The notes under the pieces are model-generated. The model did not search any database and was not told the DNA's origin. It saw nothing but the letters and a program-made list of their open reading frames with translations. DNA of 63,539 nucleotides, filler included, from Rhabdomonas costata (lineage: Eukaryota): NCBI GenBank assembly GCA_019059605.1. It is 48 parts of 48 records of this genome, joined end to end, with 100 filler letters (N's around TTAATTAATTAA, not from the genome) between each part and the next. Parts side by side here need not be neighbours in the genome. Positions count along the whole stretch, not along the records: positions 1 to 1,229 come from JAHMHO010022840.1; positions 1,330 to 2,556 come from JAHMHO010022841.1; positions 2,657 to 3,882 come from JAHMHO010022842.1; positions 3,983 to 5,209 come from JAHMHO010022843.1; positions 5,310 to 6,536 come from JAHMHO010022844.1; positions 6,637 to 7,863 come from JAHMHO010022845.1; positions 7,964 to 9,184 come from JAHMHO010022846.1; positions 9,285 to 10,511 come from JAHMHO010022847.1; 40 more parts are not named here. The stretch is one strand, 5' to 3'. Below, in pieces: positions 1-11,826 of the stretch. The number at the start of each line of letters is the position of its first letter. Within the stretch, counting starts at the first letter, position 1. The position numbers were made by a program, and so were the translations under genes.

Positions 1-98
1 GGTTTGTTTTTACCCATTTTCTTGCATCAAACCTTTCCCGTCTATCTGAGCGCCCTTCTTCTTATATCTCTGGTGCGCTTTATCTCTTCTCCTCTCTG

Positions 99-1227
99 CT
101 AGCTGGCTGCTCTCCTTTCTCTTGTGCCTTTGGCTTGCCGTGCCTTACTGCTTTTCGCGTCTTTTCCACTTTCCTTCCCAATCCTTTCTCTCACTGCCTC
201 GCTCGAGGGTCTTGTCCTTCTCTCTCTCCGGTTCGGCCTTCTCTCCACTTTCCCTCTATCACTTTGCTTTTCTGCAGGGCATGGTGTCAAATACTCGGGT
301 TGTGATTTTTCCCGACTTGCCTCGGTCAGATGTTCTTGCTCTTGATTCGCCTTCGTCCTCAACTTTCTTCCCATTCAACTGCTCCCATATATCTCCCGTG
401 ACTTCCTCCACTGGCTTTATCCAAATGCACCACTACTTCATCAACTCTTGAGCTTTTCTGAAGTCCCATCTCACCAACAAAATTTATCCCTGCTCTTGCG
501 GCAACAATGCTCTCCTCTCTTCTCAACTCAAGCGCTGAACTTGCAATCTTTAGCTGGTCAACCATTCCAATCAAATCTCGTATATCGATCACTCTCTCTA
601 CTTCGTCGAAAGTGACTCTGAAATTTCTCACGACTGCGAACGCGAACGTGTTATTAATATCTTCATCCACTAGAAGACTCTCCTACGTGTCATGAGCCGT
701 TACAAACTACCATGCTAGAGCGGGTGGAGTCTATATGACGACGGAGGACAGATCTCTCTAACGGCTTGCACAATATAGCTCTGCTCCAGTCCACAGTATA
801 CCTTGTTTCACTCCCTCTCTCGCACGTTTATCCTCTCATGGAAAGTCTTGGCGCCACGATGACTCTCTCTTTCGCTCTCTCCCCAATTTATCACCTCTTT
901 GTCACCTCTGAACATACGCGACGTGGGTCTCCTAGTCCACCTTTGGCTGCACTTCACCAGCTGAAACAAAATGACGACAGGAATCAACAATGAACTACCA
1001 AAGCCGCCCACTTTATCCAATATCATTCGCGTATATCCGCTGCTCCACTTCGTGATGACTCCGTATATCCAGTCTTTTCTCAATGCTCATATACCTTCCA
1101 CTACTTTTCCTACCACGTAAGAAAACAAAGTAGCCCACTTGGGTCTGGGTCTCAACTTCCCAGATTTATCCAAATATATACTTCCTTGCAACTCCACACT
1201 TCCACCCGTGAGATCCTTTAACAACCC
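99..1227 (-). pseudogene. Possible degenerate intronless ORF chain, perhaps a mobile-element relic; product unknown
   Basis: Strong purine bias on the minus strand; consecutive ORF pieces (808-1083, 359-670, 99-374) broken by stops and shifts; no motif recognised. Confidence 0.2.
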
Positions 1228-1229
1228 AC

Positions 1230-1329
1230 NNNNNNNNNNNNNNNNNNNNNNNNNNNNNNNNNNNNNNNNNNNNTTAATTAATTAANNNNNNNNNNNNNNN
1301 NNNNNNNNNNNNNNNNNNNNNNNNNNNNN
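1230..1329. other. Artificial contig linker N44-TTAATTAATTAA-N44 (first of 47 identical linkers, about every 1.3 kb)
   Basis: Identical 100-nt spacer with stop codons in all six frames recurs throughout, last at 62214-62313. Confidence 0.99.
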
Positions 1330-1802
1330 TGTGGTTGTTTGTTTGTGTGTGTCTGGTTGTGCGTTCTGATAGATGAGAGATAAACCTTTCTCATCATCAT
1401 CTCAAGTCTAGCGACTGCTTGAGACTCCGGTCATTTTCAGGCAACTTATGTCCTCAACCAGAGGCACCTGCTGCCCCCACGTTCCACAGGGGGAAGACCT
1501 GGTTGGGGTGGGACCAGAGTTGCCTTCAGCCTAACACCTAATCAAGACCAGCGTGGTAGACCGTGATATGGATTCGAGCCGACTTCGGTGCCTGACAGTA
1601 TCCGCATCAGAGTTTACCCTTCACACCCAGCTCAGTGTGTTCTGATAGATGTGGAGGTAGATGTCATATCTCCCTTTGAACTCGGTGCACGCAGCGACGG
1701 CGGCTCGGTGCGGTGACCGGTTCTGTTTCGAGGGTGAAGATCGGCAGGAGCCGATTGATCAATGCTTCCGTGTCAGCTGCATATGCGCGCACACTTTTGT
1801 AG

Positions 1803-1897
1803 GGATCACCACGCACATCGAGGCGGACACGGAGGAGGCGTTGAAGCGGAAGGACTTGTACCCCCGCCCTCTGAATATTATCGAGGGCCCGCTGATG
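1803..1897 (+). CDS. metH: Internal exon of cobalamin-dependent methionine synthase (B12-binding cap domain)
   Basis: ttttgtag|exon|gtgtgt; encodes GITTHIEADTEEALKRKDLYPRPLNIIEGPLM, matching the MetH cap motif GI..IE.DTEEA...RPL.IIEGPLM. Confidence 0.9.
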
Positions 1898-1992
1898 GTG
1901 TGTGTGTATGTGTATGTGTATGTGTGCCAGTGTTGAACAGGGGCCACCGAGCAGCAAACGCAGACTGGGCGAGCGCTAAGATGGTTAGGGCT

Positions 1993-2072
1993 CCCCAGAA
2001 CCGCGGCGGAATGCGCCATCGAGGTTTCCCAAGAACCTCCGCCCAGCAGCAGAGGGGTACACCCCAAGAAGC
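1993..2072 (+). repeat. Dispersed intronic repeat, copy 1 (36-bp core identical to reverse complement of 38517-38552)
   Basis: aggtttcccaagaacctccgcccagcagcagagggg at 2022-2057; flanks (agaaccgcgg, gaagc) also shared. Confidence 0.85.
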
Positions 2073-3601
2073 GTAAAGGCAGCGGAAGAGCTCTTGAAAT
2101 CCCAGACCTCCCCCCCCAAAACCACGCTTTGCGCACGTCGTGTGTGTGTGTGTGTGTGATGCAGACTGCCTGAATCTCAGGCAAAAGAAGAAGCAAGCGT
2201 CGGCGTCCGAGCCACTGAAGCCAGAGAGCTGCGCTTCCATCACTCTTTATCGCCCTTTGAAGCTGTCGCCACTCTCTCATGTTTTCTTTCCTAGGCCGGG
2301 ATGTCCGTTGTGGGCGAGCTGTTCGGCGCTGGGAAGATGTTTTTGCCCCAGGTGCGTGTATGTAAATGGAAGACAAAAATCGGAGGAAACGGGAAAATAG
2401 AATTCGCTTCAACGACCAATTTTGCTACATAAAATCGTCATTACAATTGCTCTTCTCTCTGAAAGAGAATACACGCAACAAAAAAACACAGGTCGTGAAC
2501 GTACAGTCAAGTGTGAAGCTCTGTGGCGGGGTCCAAGTTGTTGTTCCCAACACCCCNNNNNNNNNNNNNNNNNNNNNNNNNNNNNNNNNNNNNNNNNNNN
2601 TTAATTAATTAANNNNNNNNNNNNNNNNNNNNNNNNNNNNNNNNNNNNNNNNNNNNGGTTTTTGGTTGACGTTCAAGCTGAATTTGCCAATTCGGATTAA
2701 CCTGACGTTTCGCAATGCCATCAACGCAAGTGACATCCAGTATCTGTTGCGCATCCCGGGTGAGTAACCTCCACAACCACTCAAAGAAGAGCAAATCGAC
2801 GACGCCTACCCCTCGGACACCCCACCGCCAGAGGGACCGTGGCGGTCCATCCACCACGCAGGCGATAGCCCCACTGCCGATGGGGATGACGTGGAAGAGT
2901 TCCTCCACTACTGCGGCTCGGATGACCAAAGTATTGATTCCAAAGTCCATTAGAGGATTCTCGTCCACTGATGCCACACCATCATCAAACCCGCTACCGC
3001 GTGAACAGTCAACCACAAGCCCTAAAAAGACAAGAAGAACAGCACCTTCTTCGGTGCATGCCACATACCATGGACAGTTTGGCGTTCCGCCTTATCCAAG
3101 AAGTTAAGACTGGTAGTAAGTGCTGTAAAGAATTCAGTGATTCATGATTATCTAAAATTTCAGAACGCTGTGTGACAAGTGGAATGTAACTGCTCGTTCC
3201 GCTTGCTCCGCCACGTGTACAGGCTGCCGGGGTGGTGATTGATGCTTAGGGAAATGGTCTGGTTGTGCGTCGGAGCGCTGCGCGAAGAAGGAAGATTCGG
3301 CGGAAGGCTTCACCACATGGATCGATGTGACATTTTAAATCAGCTTTATCTAACGCAACTGAGAAGTCATTTCAGGTGGTGGTCCGGTGGTTACTCATCT
3401 TGAAGGTACCAAAAAAGTACTGCTAACAGACACTGGTGAATTGAATGATGCTGTCGTATGATATGAGATTAGGCGATAGATATTCAACTGGTGTTCAAGA
3501 CTTGGCGGCGGTTCTGGAAGCTCAATTGTATGGAGAGCACTGCTGATGTTATCGATTGGAGACGCCAGGTAAAAGGTGGGTTTTGAAGTTGTGGTTCGAG
3601 C

Positions 3602-3875
3602 GTTTGTAAAACACTGTCCGCTCTGAATCTTAACTGTTTGTGTTGAAGCGCTGTTTTTACGAAATCAGCAATGTCACAAAAAAGTTTTTCTGGCAGAAGT
3701 GCCAACTTGTGGACACACGTTTTAGTTTTCTTGGACCTAGGTGCTGTGGATGTCACAGCTTGTAAAATGTTAGCGGTCTTTCTTTTACAGCGTTTCTGCT
3801 AGCTTGTAATTTGTTTCCCATGTCTGCCCTCTTGTTATATTAAAACGCTTTCCGAACGGACAGTGTTTTACAAAC
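3602..3875. repeat. 19-bp perfect inverted repeat (3602-3620 / 3857-3875) ending at the contig end; probable fold-back artefact
   Basis: gtttgtaaaacactgtccg / cggacagtgttttacaaac, with imperfect inner extension. Confidence 0.8.
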
Positions 3876-3982
3876 ACACAACNNNNNNNNNNNNNNNNNN
3901 NNNNNNNNNNNNNNNNNNNNNNNNNNTTAATTAATTAANNNNNNNNNNNNNNNNNNNNNNNNNNNNNNNNNNNNNNNNNNNN

Positions 3983-4942
3983 TGTTGTGGTGGTCCCCTT
4001 CGACCCCGGTGATGACCCTAAGCCGGTGAGCAATCTGGAGGAGCTGCTTGAGCTGTGGGTGGACGTCCCCGGCCTTACCACTGAGCAAGAAGTCCAGGGT
4101 CTCCCGGAACGCATCCACCGTGGCAGGGGAGATCAGACCGGCCGCGCATGCTCTCCCATACTGAGATGCCCCCGCACCCACCCACCCAGGGCTCACATTC
4201 CAACTAACGACTGCTCACCAAGCAAGGGCTTGACCGTCAAGAGTCGAACTGTGCCATTTTGTGCAACCGCGGCTGCCCTCATGGTGATGGTCGAAACGGG
4301 AATATTCTAGTTTTTCCCCCTGATGTTCTTTGTTCTTAGTATAAAAAATAAAGCACTGAGTACTGTAGGCGGGTATCGGATGATACGTTCGGAGGATTTT
4401 GGATTTGGACTAGAAAAGTGGTTGAATCCTCAACAATGCTAATACAATTCGAAAAAAAAACAAATTTAACACAATTCGGGTATTTCTTGCTTCTTATCCA
4501 TTGACCAATGCCCACTCAACACCAGTGGATTTCAAACAGACTGTGTTGCTCGTAGTTTGGATGACCCAAAGTTCCACATAATTCCATTCCAAAAAAAGAA
4601 ACGACACCATACACAAGCAGCTAAATAGCGAGAGGAGAGAGGAGGACAGGGAATGGCACAAAAGAGCCACAAAACGTATGGCAATGGAGGTCCCGCGCTA
4701 GATGTCCAAGAAAAGAGAGCGGCGCGCTCAAGCACCTTGATCATCATGTCAATATCTCGCAGCCGGGAGTAGGCTCTCAGAAAGGCCTCGCGCAAGGACA
4801 CCCAAGCGGAGTTCGGGGAGCTCCTGTCGATGTCGCTCTGGCGGAACCATGTCCGCACCCCAAGCACCCCAGCCTCATCCCCGGCCCGACTGTGCAGGTC
4901 CAGCAAGGAACAGAGCATCCCAGGGGTTGCTTTACCTCGAAG
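3983..4942 (-). CDS. Two in-phase exons (4942-4736, 4160-3983) of an unknown, probably alpha-helical protein
   Basis: AG/GT boundaries; phase-0 join ...RLRDIDMMIK|YGRACAAGLISPATVDAFRETLDFLL. Confidence 0.5.
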
Positions 4943-5526
4943 CTGAGAAAAAAAAGGAAAGTCCCACATGGAAAAGAACCTGCGAGTGTGAGGGTGTCCC
5001 AGCTTATACCCATCTCAGTATATGTACCTCAAAAGTGCTAAAAGAGCAGAATCAAAGCAAAAATTTGGCGCCCTTAATCACTGCGAGCTGTGGGACGACA
5101 AATAGGAGATGTGAAACGCAAACGAGCACGGTTGGAAACCGGTCCGCTCGCAGTAATCCCAAAAAGACGATAGAGAGGGGGAAAAAAGCAAAAAAAAAAA
5201 AACCAAAACNNNNNNNNNNNNNNNNNNNNNNNNNNNNNNNNNNNNNNNNNNNNTTAATTAATTAANNNNNNNNNNNNNNNNNNNNNNNNNNNNNNNNNNN
5301 NNNNNNNNNGTGTGGTGTGGTTTACTCTTATGGCCTTTGGATGTGTGGTGAAGTGCCTGGCTTGGCCACTGTGAGAGCCTTTTCTAAATGATTTCATTGA
5401 GTATGCACCCGTCTCTCTTCATCACACGGCAGATACACCGATGCACCGATCACTCGGTACTCTGCACACACACACACACACACACACAGACGCGAACTCG
5501 CACAAGCACCCCCCTCTCTCTCTCAG

Positions 5527-6424
5527 CACTGCTGACAGTCCGAGAGGGCGGCCTGGCCTGCTTTCGTGTGCCCGCTTCGCTGAAATACGGGCGTGCTTCG
5601 ACGAGAAGGACTTGCATGGAAGGCCTGGAGTCAGCGAAGAGGTGTTATCAACCCCTATGAATAGACTCTGTCACCCTCACCACTGTGCTCCCTTTGGGAT
5701 TTGTTGCTATGCAGCCGTACACGCGCGCTCCAGCGGCGAGGTGCATATTTCTTCGACAAAAATGAGATGAGCCCTATCTTTTATTTTGAAGTTAGAGTTG
5801 TTGCTTCATGCTTTAGTTTGCGTTTCATGAAAGTTGTGCGATTGGAAGCTCTTTCAGCCGCACGCAGGCACCTGTTTTCTTTGATTTTTATCAGCATTCC
5901 GTAGACCTTCTTCATTTCCTGCGGATGGGTAATTTGAGGTTGCCTTTGACATCTTGGTTTTGCTCTCATGGTAGTGCTGTTAGAAAGGGAATCGTATGGG
6001 GTTTTTGTTGTAAACTTAAGCGGAAAAGTGCACACCGTAATACCAGCGGATGGGGCGTGAGGGTGATGGTATGAGACCTCTGGATTCGTCCAGTGCACCG
6101 CCATAGCCCTGTGTGTCACCGCCTCTCCCTTGCTCCCTCGCCGTTTCCCCGAGCGCAATTGTGGACCTTGCAGGACTTTGTGCGGCTGTTTGGAGCGCTG
6201 CTCCCCGAGGAGGCCCCGCCATGCACCACAGGGCTTCTGCTGCGGGAGTGGTTTGCGGAGATGGATGCCTCGGCGCAGGGCAGGCTGAGCTGGGCGGACC
6301 TCACCTCCGCTGTGCTGCATGGGATTCTCCGTGGGGATGGGCACGCGGGAGGCAGTGGGGATGCGCCTGAGGCCCACAGTCCGCCAAGGGTGCTCTGCTC
6401 CGTCAGCGCGGCCGAGTACAACGA
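5527..6424 (+). CDS. Two exons (5527-5641, 6174-~6424) of an EF-hand-containing protein (WDR49/EFCAB8-like N-terminus)
   Basis: Splice gives FAEIRACFDEKDLHGRPGVSEE|DFVRLFG...EWFAEMDASAQGRLSWADLTS, two EF-hand-like helix-loop-helix units. Confidence 0.55.
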
Positions 6425-7134
6425 GCGAGTTCCAGGCCTGCACCCTCCCTGGCCACACACAGAACACAACTTTGGACAGGTTCCTCCTGTGGCCGACTGC
6501 AGTTCACTGTGCTGAACTGAAATAGCACCAAAAAAANNNNNNNNNNNNNNNNNNNNNNNNNNNNNNNNNNNNNNNNNNNNTTAATTAATTAANNNNNNNN
6601 NNNNNNNNNNNNNNNNNNNNNNNNNNNNNNNNNNNNCTCCAGTTTGCTGGCCTGGAGAATTTTTTGTAATGCCATTTCCTAGTTCAATTTAGTTATTCAG
6701 CCTTCCAGCATCTTAGAGCTAGCTTGCGTTCACGTGCTCCGCGTGCTCCTTTCTCTCCAGATGAACCACCGTTTACTTCAGTCTTTCACGCGCACAAGAT
6801 GAAAAATGGATGCCGCCCGTCAGGATGATGTGGGGTTCCTTGAACGGATTGGAGAAGGCTTGGAGAGAGAAAGAGAGAGAGAGTGTGTGTGTGTGTGTGC
6901 CCCATCGCTGAAGTGAGCCTGAAGATTGCATGACGGGTGCTGGAGTCCAACCCATTGTTCCATCCGAAAGCACCACGTGCATCGCGCTCGAAAAATCTAG
7001 ACCAGATGGGTTTCTTCTTGTTCGGGTGGTGTACGCCATGATGAGCAAGCTAAGGGCATGCAGTCTCCACATGATGAAGGATGGCCACTGGGCTGGTGAC
7101 AGATCTCAGATGACGGTGCCGCTGTGCTTTCCAG

Positions 7135-7662
7135 GTCAGCTACATCAGCCCCACGGGCAGCGGCGAGAGCACCCGCTGGGGACCCTGTGGGCGCTGCAAG
7201 AAGACCTTCTCGGGCTCGCAGGTGGGGTTTGAGCTGGAGCTGGAGCGGAAGTTGGAGGTACGTTTCTTCTCCGCCACCGCGGCACCATATGCACGAAAAT
7301 GTGATGTCGATTGGGGGTTCATTGGGGCCCATTTCGTGACTGTGGTTTTGGGACGGGAAGAGGCCTAGGGGCGGGCATTCACCATTGCGGGTGCCACCGG
7401 ATTTATATGGATTTATTTTTCTGTTTAGGCGGTGACGTTGAATTTAAGGTATAAGGTATATAGCGACAGCGTACGAAACAGGGATTGCCCGGCCGTTTTT
7501 GAGCATCACTTTTTGGTAGCTGTCTTGGCCTCTTTTCGGACCTGATTGGTGAGGTGCAGTTTATTTTTTCATAGGAAAACGTCCTGGCCCTGAAGTCGAT
7601 TGTGACGGAGGTGCGCTACGAAGACCTCTCGCAGTGGTTCATGGCCTGCGTCAAGATGTTGG
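7135..7662 (+). CDS. Two exons (7135-7257, 7575-7662) of an unknown protein with a CxxC motif
   Basis: GT-AG intron; in-frame VSYISPTGSGESTRWGPCGRCKKTFSGSQVGFELELERKLE|ENVLALKSIVTEVRYEDLSQWFMACVKML. Confidence 0.6.
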
Positions 7663-8041
7663 GTATGCTCAGTCCTCGTTTCGTTCCCAACAGCAAACCT
7701 CTCCGGACGAACCGGGCGCGTACCTGTTATCTTATACCCCAAAGTGGCACCATTTTGGATTCCCCTTCTGCTTTCCAAACACATGGCAGGTCGCCGGCAT
7801 TGGAGCGTGGCCTCGGTGCTGGTGCTGCAGGCAGAGTTCCTCCGCGAGGCCACCCCCCCCACCNNNNNNNNNNNNNNNNNNNNNNNNNNNNNNNNNNNNN
7901 NNNNNNNTTAATTAATTAANNNNNNNNNNNNNNNNNNNNNNNNNNNNNNNNNNNNNNNNNNNNGGTGGTGGTGTTCGATGGTGCGACTCCAATCTCCTTC
8001 GCACCATCGAACTCCAGCGCCTGATCTCCCTTCTCCTTTGC

Positions 8042-9184
8042 GTGCTCCCGTCCTTCTCCGGTTACATAGACCCTCACAGCCCACAGATGCGTCTGGTGCA
8101 GCCATTCTGCTATCAGCGCTCAGATACTTTTGAGCTCCAGCGCGAATACTGGGAAATACTTCTTTATCTCCCGATTCGGTCTTTCCCTCTTCCGGGACGC
8201 GAGCTCATCGTGAAACAGGATGTTTTTGACGCTTTTCCCTTCGTCTGCCTGGCAGCTTCGGACGACGAGGTGTGGAAAAGGGGTCCACCTGGAAATTTCA
8301 AGAGGGCTGCTCCCTCAGGCAACCTGCATCGTTGACACTCCCGCCTTCCAGTGGTACGCTAGGTTTCGTGTGGCTGAATACTTTGCCACCAATGCCGAAT
8401 TCAGGAAGTTCACGCGCACCCATGAGGCACGCTGCCATGTACTGCGGGATCTGATTACCCGCATTCACCTGCTGGGGCTTCGGAGTTTTAGTGATTCCAA
8501 CTCTAGGCGCCCTGACTGGGCCTATGTGCGCGAGTGGCTTGAGCACAACTTCGCCCAGCCGTGGATGCTATGGGATCCCGAGGATCTTGACAACAATATC
8601 CGCTTGGGGCAAATGCTTCAGGATGCGGAGCAGCAGTATGAGGGGTTACGTGCAATTATGAGAGGGTCAGACTGCAGCGAACAGCATTGGCTGTCGACCC
8701 CATCGCAGGTGCAGGATGTCTCAAACCACCGAACGCTTTTTGCGTTTGATGACTACTTCGCCTTATTGGATCTGGGCCGTTCCAACGCGGCCCTTATTAG
8801 ACGTGCTGGACAAGCAACTGCCGCTCAGTTGCACGTGTCGGCCCCTCCCCACAACCGACTGATCACGCTTCTTCGTCCTCAGCAATGGTTGTCGCGCCAC
8901 CATCAATCGCTCCATTGGCCGGTGCGGAAGAAGCAATCTTTTCAACTGATACCACGCGCAATGCGGAGGCCGCTCCTTCAGCTCGGTTCATTGTCTGCGA
9001 TGAACTCACGTCAGGAACACCACATTCAACAACGCATGATCCAGCAGCCGCTCCGCTGGAATCGGGGATGCACACTCCAGTGTCACCCTCCGGGAAGCCC
9101 TCACCGCAGGAGAGCCAGCAACAATCGGCACAGGCGACTAAAGTTTCCGCATCGCCTCCATCGACTCCGCGGCCAACCAACCCC
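8042..9184 (+). other. Intronless overlapping ORF chain of unknown function (possible mobile-element gene)
   Basis: Overlapping ORFs 8042-8335, 8220-end and 8885-end; no obvious introns, unlike host genes. Confidence 0.3.
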
Positions 9185-10771
9185 NNNNNNNNNNNNNNNN
9201 NNNNNNNNNNNNNNNNNNNNNNNNNNNNTTAATTAATTAANNNNNNNNNNNNNNNNNNNNNNNNNNNNNNNNNNNNNNNNNNNNTGCCTTTTGTAATTAG
9301 GTAATGGCTGACAAAACTCGAAATAAAAAGGGGCTTGAAGTGGACAATAATTGTGAAACTCGGTGCTCCCTTTTCCGACTGGGCAATATATAGGCCAGCG
9401 AGGCGCACGTCCCGATGGGACATTCTGCCATCAACGTTTCGGACTCCATATTCACTGTATGGGGGGACTCGAGCATGATGTGGAGGGAAAATGCCCTAAA
9501 ATAGGGCAAAACCAAGCAAAATGGTCCCCAAATAGGGCAAAACAGTCGAAAATAAGGGGGAAATATATGACCTTAGAGTCATTGCGAGTGGAAGTTGTGT
9601 ATTTTCGAAACTCTCCTGAGATCCCATCATACCAGGGGGTAAACGGGAACGGGGGAGAACTTGTATGCGAGCGATTTGACGCACCGACATACCCAGCTTT
9701 GAAAAGGAGCAGGCATGAACCAAACGGTCAAATTTTTCATTTGTCAAGGTTCTGGTTTGCCGCCGACATTTATGAGCAACAGCAAGCAAAATATAAGTTT
9801 TAGGCGCGCTTTTGGTGAAAAATAGAGCCTGCCCCGTAAGAAAAACGGATTTTTCAATAAAGAGAAGACCTCCTACCCGACCGGATTCGGTAGGGTCTCT
9901 TCACGTTTTGAACTTAGTGCTTTAATTCAATGCGGGACCATCACCATAGCTTTCGGCTGACAAGGCGAGTGGCGCGAAAACCACTTCGATTCTTCAATTT
10001 GTCGTTGCCTTCTCATTCCTTCTGGCTCACTCCGGTTCCTGTTAAGCCTGAGATGGACATGTTTACTTCCCGAGAAGTAATCCTAGATGAGCTGTGCAGC
10101 AAAGAAGTTTAACCCGCTTTGCTGCGACGAAGCTAAGACACAAAACGTCACAACCGCGGGTCTTTCTGAGTGTATCTATACACTGTCTCCGGCAAGGGGA
10201 ACCTCAAGTTCCTCGTCCAAGTCACTGTGCTGAGTCACAGAGGTATCGGGCTTCCGAGCCATCACCCACAGTGTGGGACGAGTTTGCAGGCGAAAGTGGC
10301 GCCAGTCGATCCGCGAGAAGGCGGGCACCTCGGCTACTGTGCTAAACCACTGCGTGTGGTTCTGAGGAGCGCTGGTGACGAGATGGGTGAACGGAGGGGG
10401 CTGAAGGTCCCCACCGATGAAAGAAGGGTCCTTGGAGTATCTAAAAGCGCAGAAGACAGGCGTGAATTAGCACACAGCAAAAAAAAAAAGGTGGCGGTCC
10501 TCCACCACACANNNNNNNNNNNNNNNNNNNNNNNNNNNNNNNNNNNNNNNNNNNNTTAATTAATTAANNNNNNNNNNNNNNNNNNNNNNNNNNNNNNNNN
10601 NNNNNNNNNNNTGCTGTCTTCTGCTTCCTTGGACCTCATTCTGCATGATACCTAGTTTGTTGTCGCTCACTTTCATACGGTGCTTTCGTTGGGGGCTGTG
10701 TTTGGACTGTTTGTTGCGTTGTGGGGTATGCCTGAGTTCTTGTTTGGTGTGTCGATCTGTGATGGTGCTGC

Positions 10772-11826
10772 TGTGCTTCACGCGTTTCTGTTGACTTGTG
10801 GTGCTTGTCTGGTGTTCGGTCCTATGCACGCTCTAGGGGTCGTGGGTATGTCGCGTCGTGTTCCTGAGTTCTCGGATGTCTAGCTGCCGTTTGTGTCCCT
10901 CGGTTCCTTGGGTTCCTTGTTGTTGTTGCCATCTGCCTTCCTTGTCTTGCGTCTCCTCTCCGGTGCTGCGTTGAGTGTATCGTCTTATGTGTCTGCTGTG
11001 GGGCCTCTGCGTGAACTTCCAGAGGGACACAGAGTCCTTTCGACTGGATTGAGAGCAAAGGTGAGCACAAGGTGCTGCTTGCGTTCTGGAAGGCAGCAAA
11101 ATGACCACTGCCTTTTCTTTCTCAAATCGAATACCGAAGCACAGGAGAAGAGAAAAACGACGGTAGTGGGGAGGCGTGGGCACCATCCCACCCACACTCA
11201 CACATACCCACAGTTGGAAGGCTGAAACAGACACAGCAATATCAGCAACCCCACACTTTCTTCGTAGAATTTGCAGAAAGCGAATCCAGGCCAAGGCCAG
11301 ACTTCGCGTAAACTAGAAGGCTGAATCTCTCCTTCGGTATTGTGGCTCATTAAAACCACACTCCCACCCACCGCAACCCAGCTCACAAGGCCGTCGATGA
11401 TCAATGCCCACCAGATGAGTTTCGCGTTGTTGTGGGATTTTTCCGAGCAAGCATCTTACTCGATTCTTTTTAGGATCTGCTTTCGCCATTAATGGGGCAT
11501 GAAGGGTACCTTTGACGAGGAAAGGGAGGGAGTAGTTGATCACACAGTCAACGTGCTCGATGTCCAGCCCACGACTGGCAATGTCAGTGCTGACCAGGAC
11601 CTTCACCCAGCCCGTGCGGAACCGCTCTGCAGATTATTGCAACCCTCCCCTCAGACAGCAAACGAGCAAACAATACAGATTCTCACAACACAAAATTCAG
11701 GCACGGAGCGGCAGCTAGATATCCGAGAACTCAGGAACACGACGCGACATACCCACGACCCCTAGAGCGTGCATAGGACCGAACACCAGACAAGCACCAC
11801 AAGTCAACAGAAACGCGTGAAGCACA
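10772..11826. repeat. 118-bp inverted repeat (10772-10889 / 11709-11826), one mismatch
   Basis: Direct comparison; single mismatch gatgtc/gatatc near the inner end; outer arm ends at the contig end. Confidence 0.92.
11510..11626 (-). CDS. Exon of a DEAD-box RNA helicase, C-terminal domain (motif V)
   Basis: ctgcag|exon|gtacc; RFRTGWVKVLVSTDIASRGLDIEHVDCVINYSLP. Confidence 0.92.

Noticed and set aside
9862-9902. Imperfect hairpin resembling a terminator or Helitron 3' end
   Set aside because: Eukaryotic context, imperfect stem, no correctly placed CTRR terminus, single occurrence
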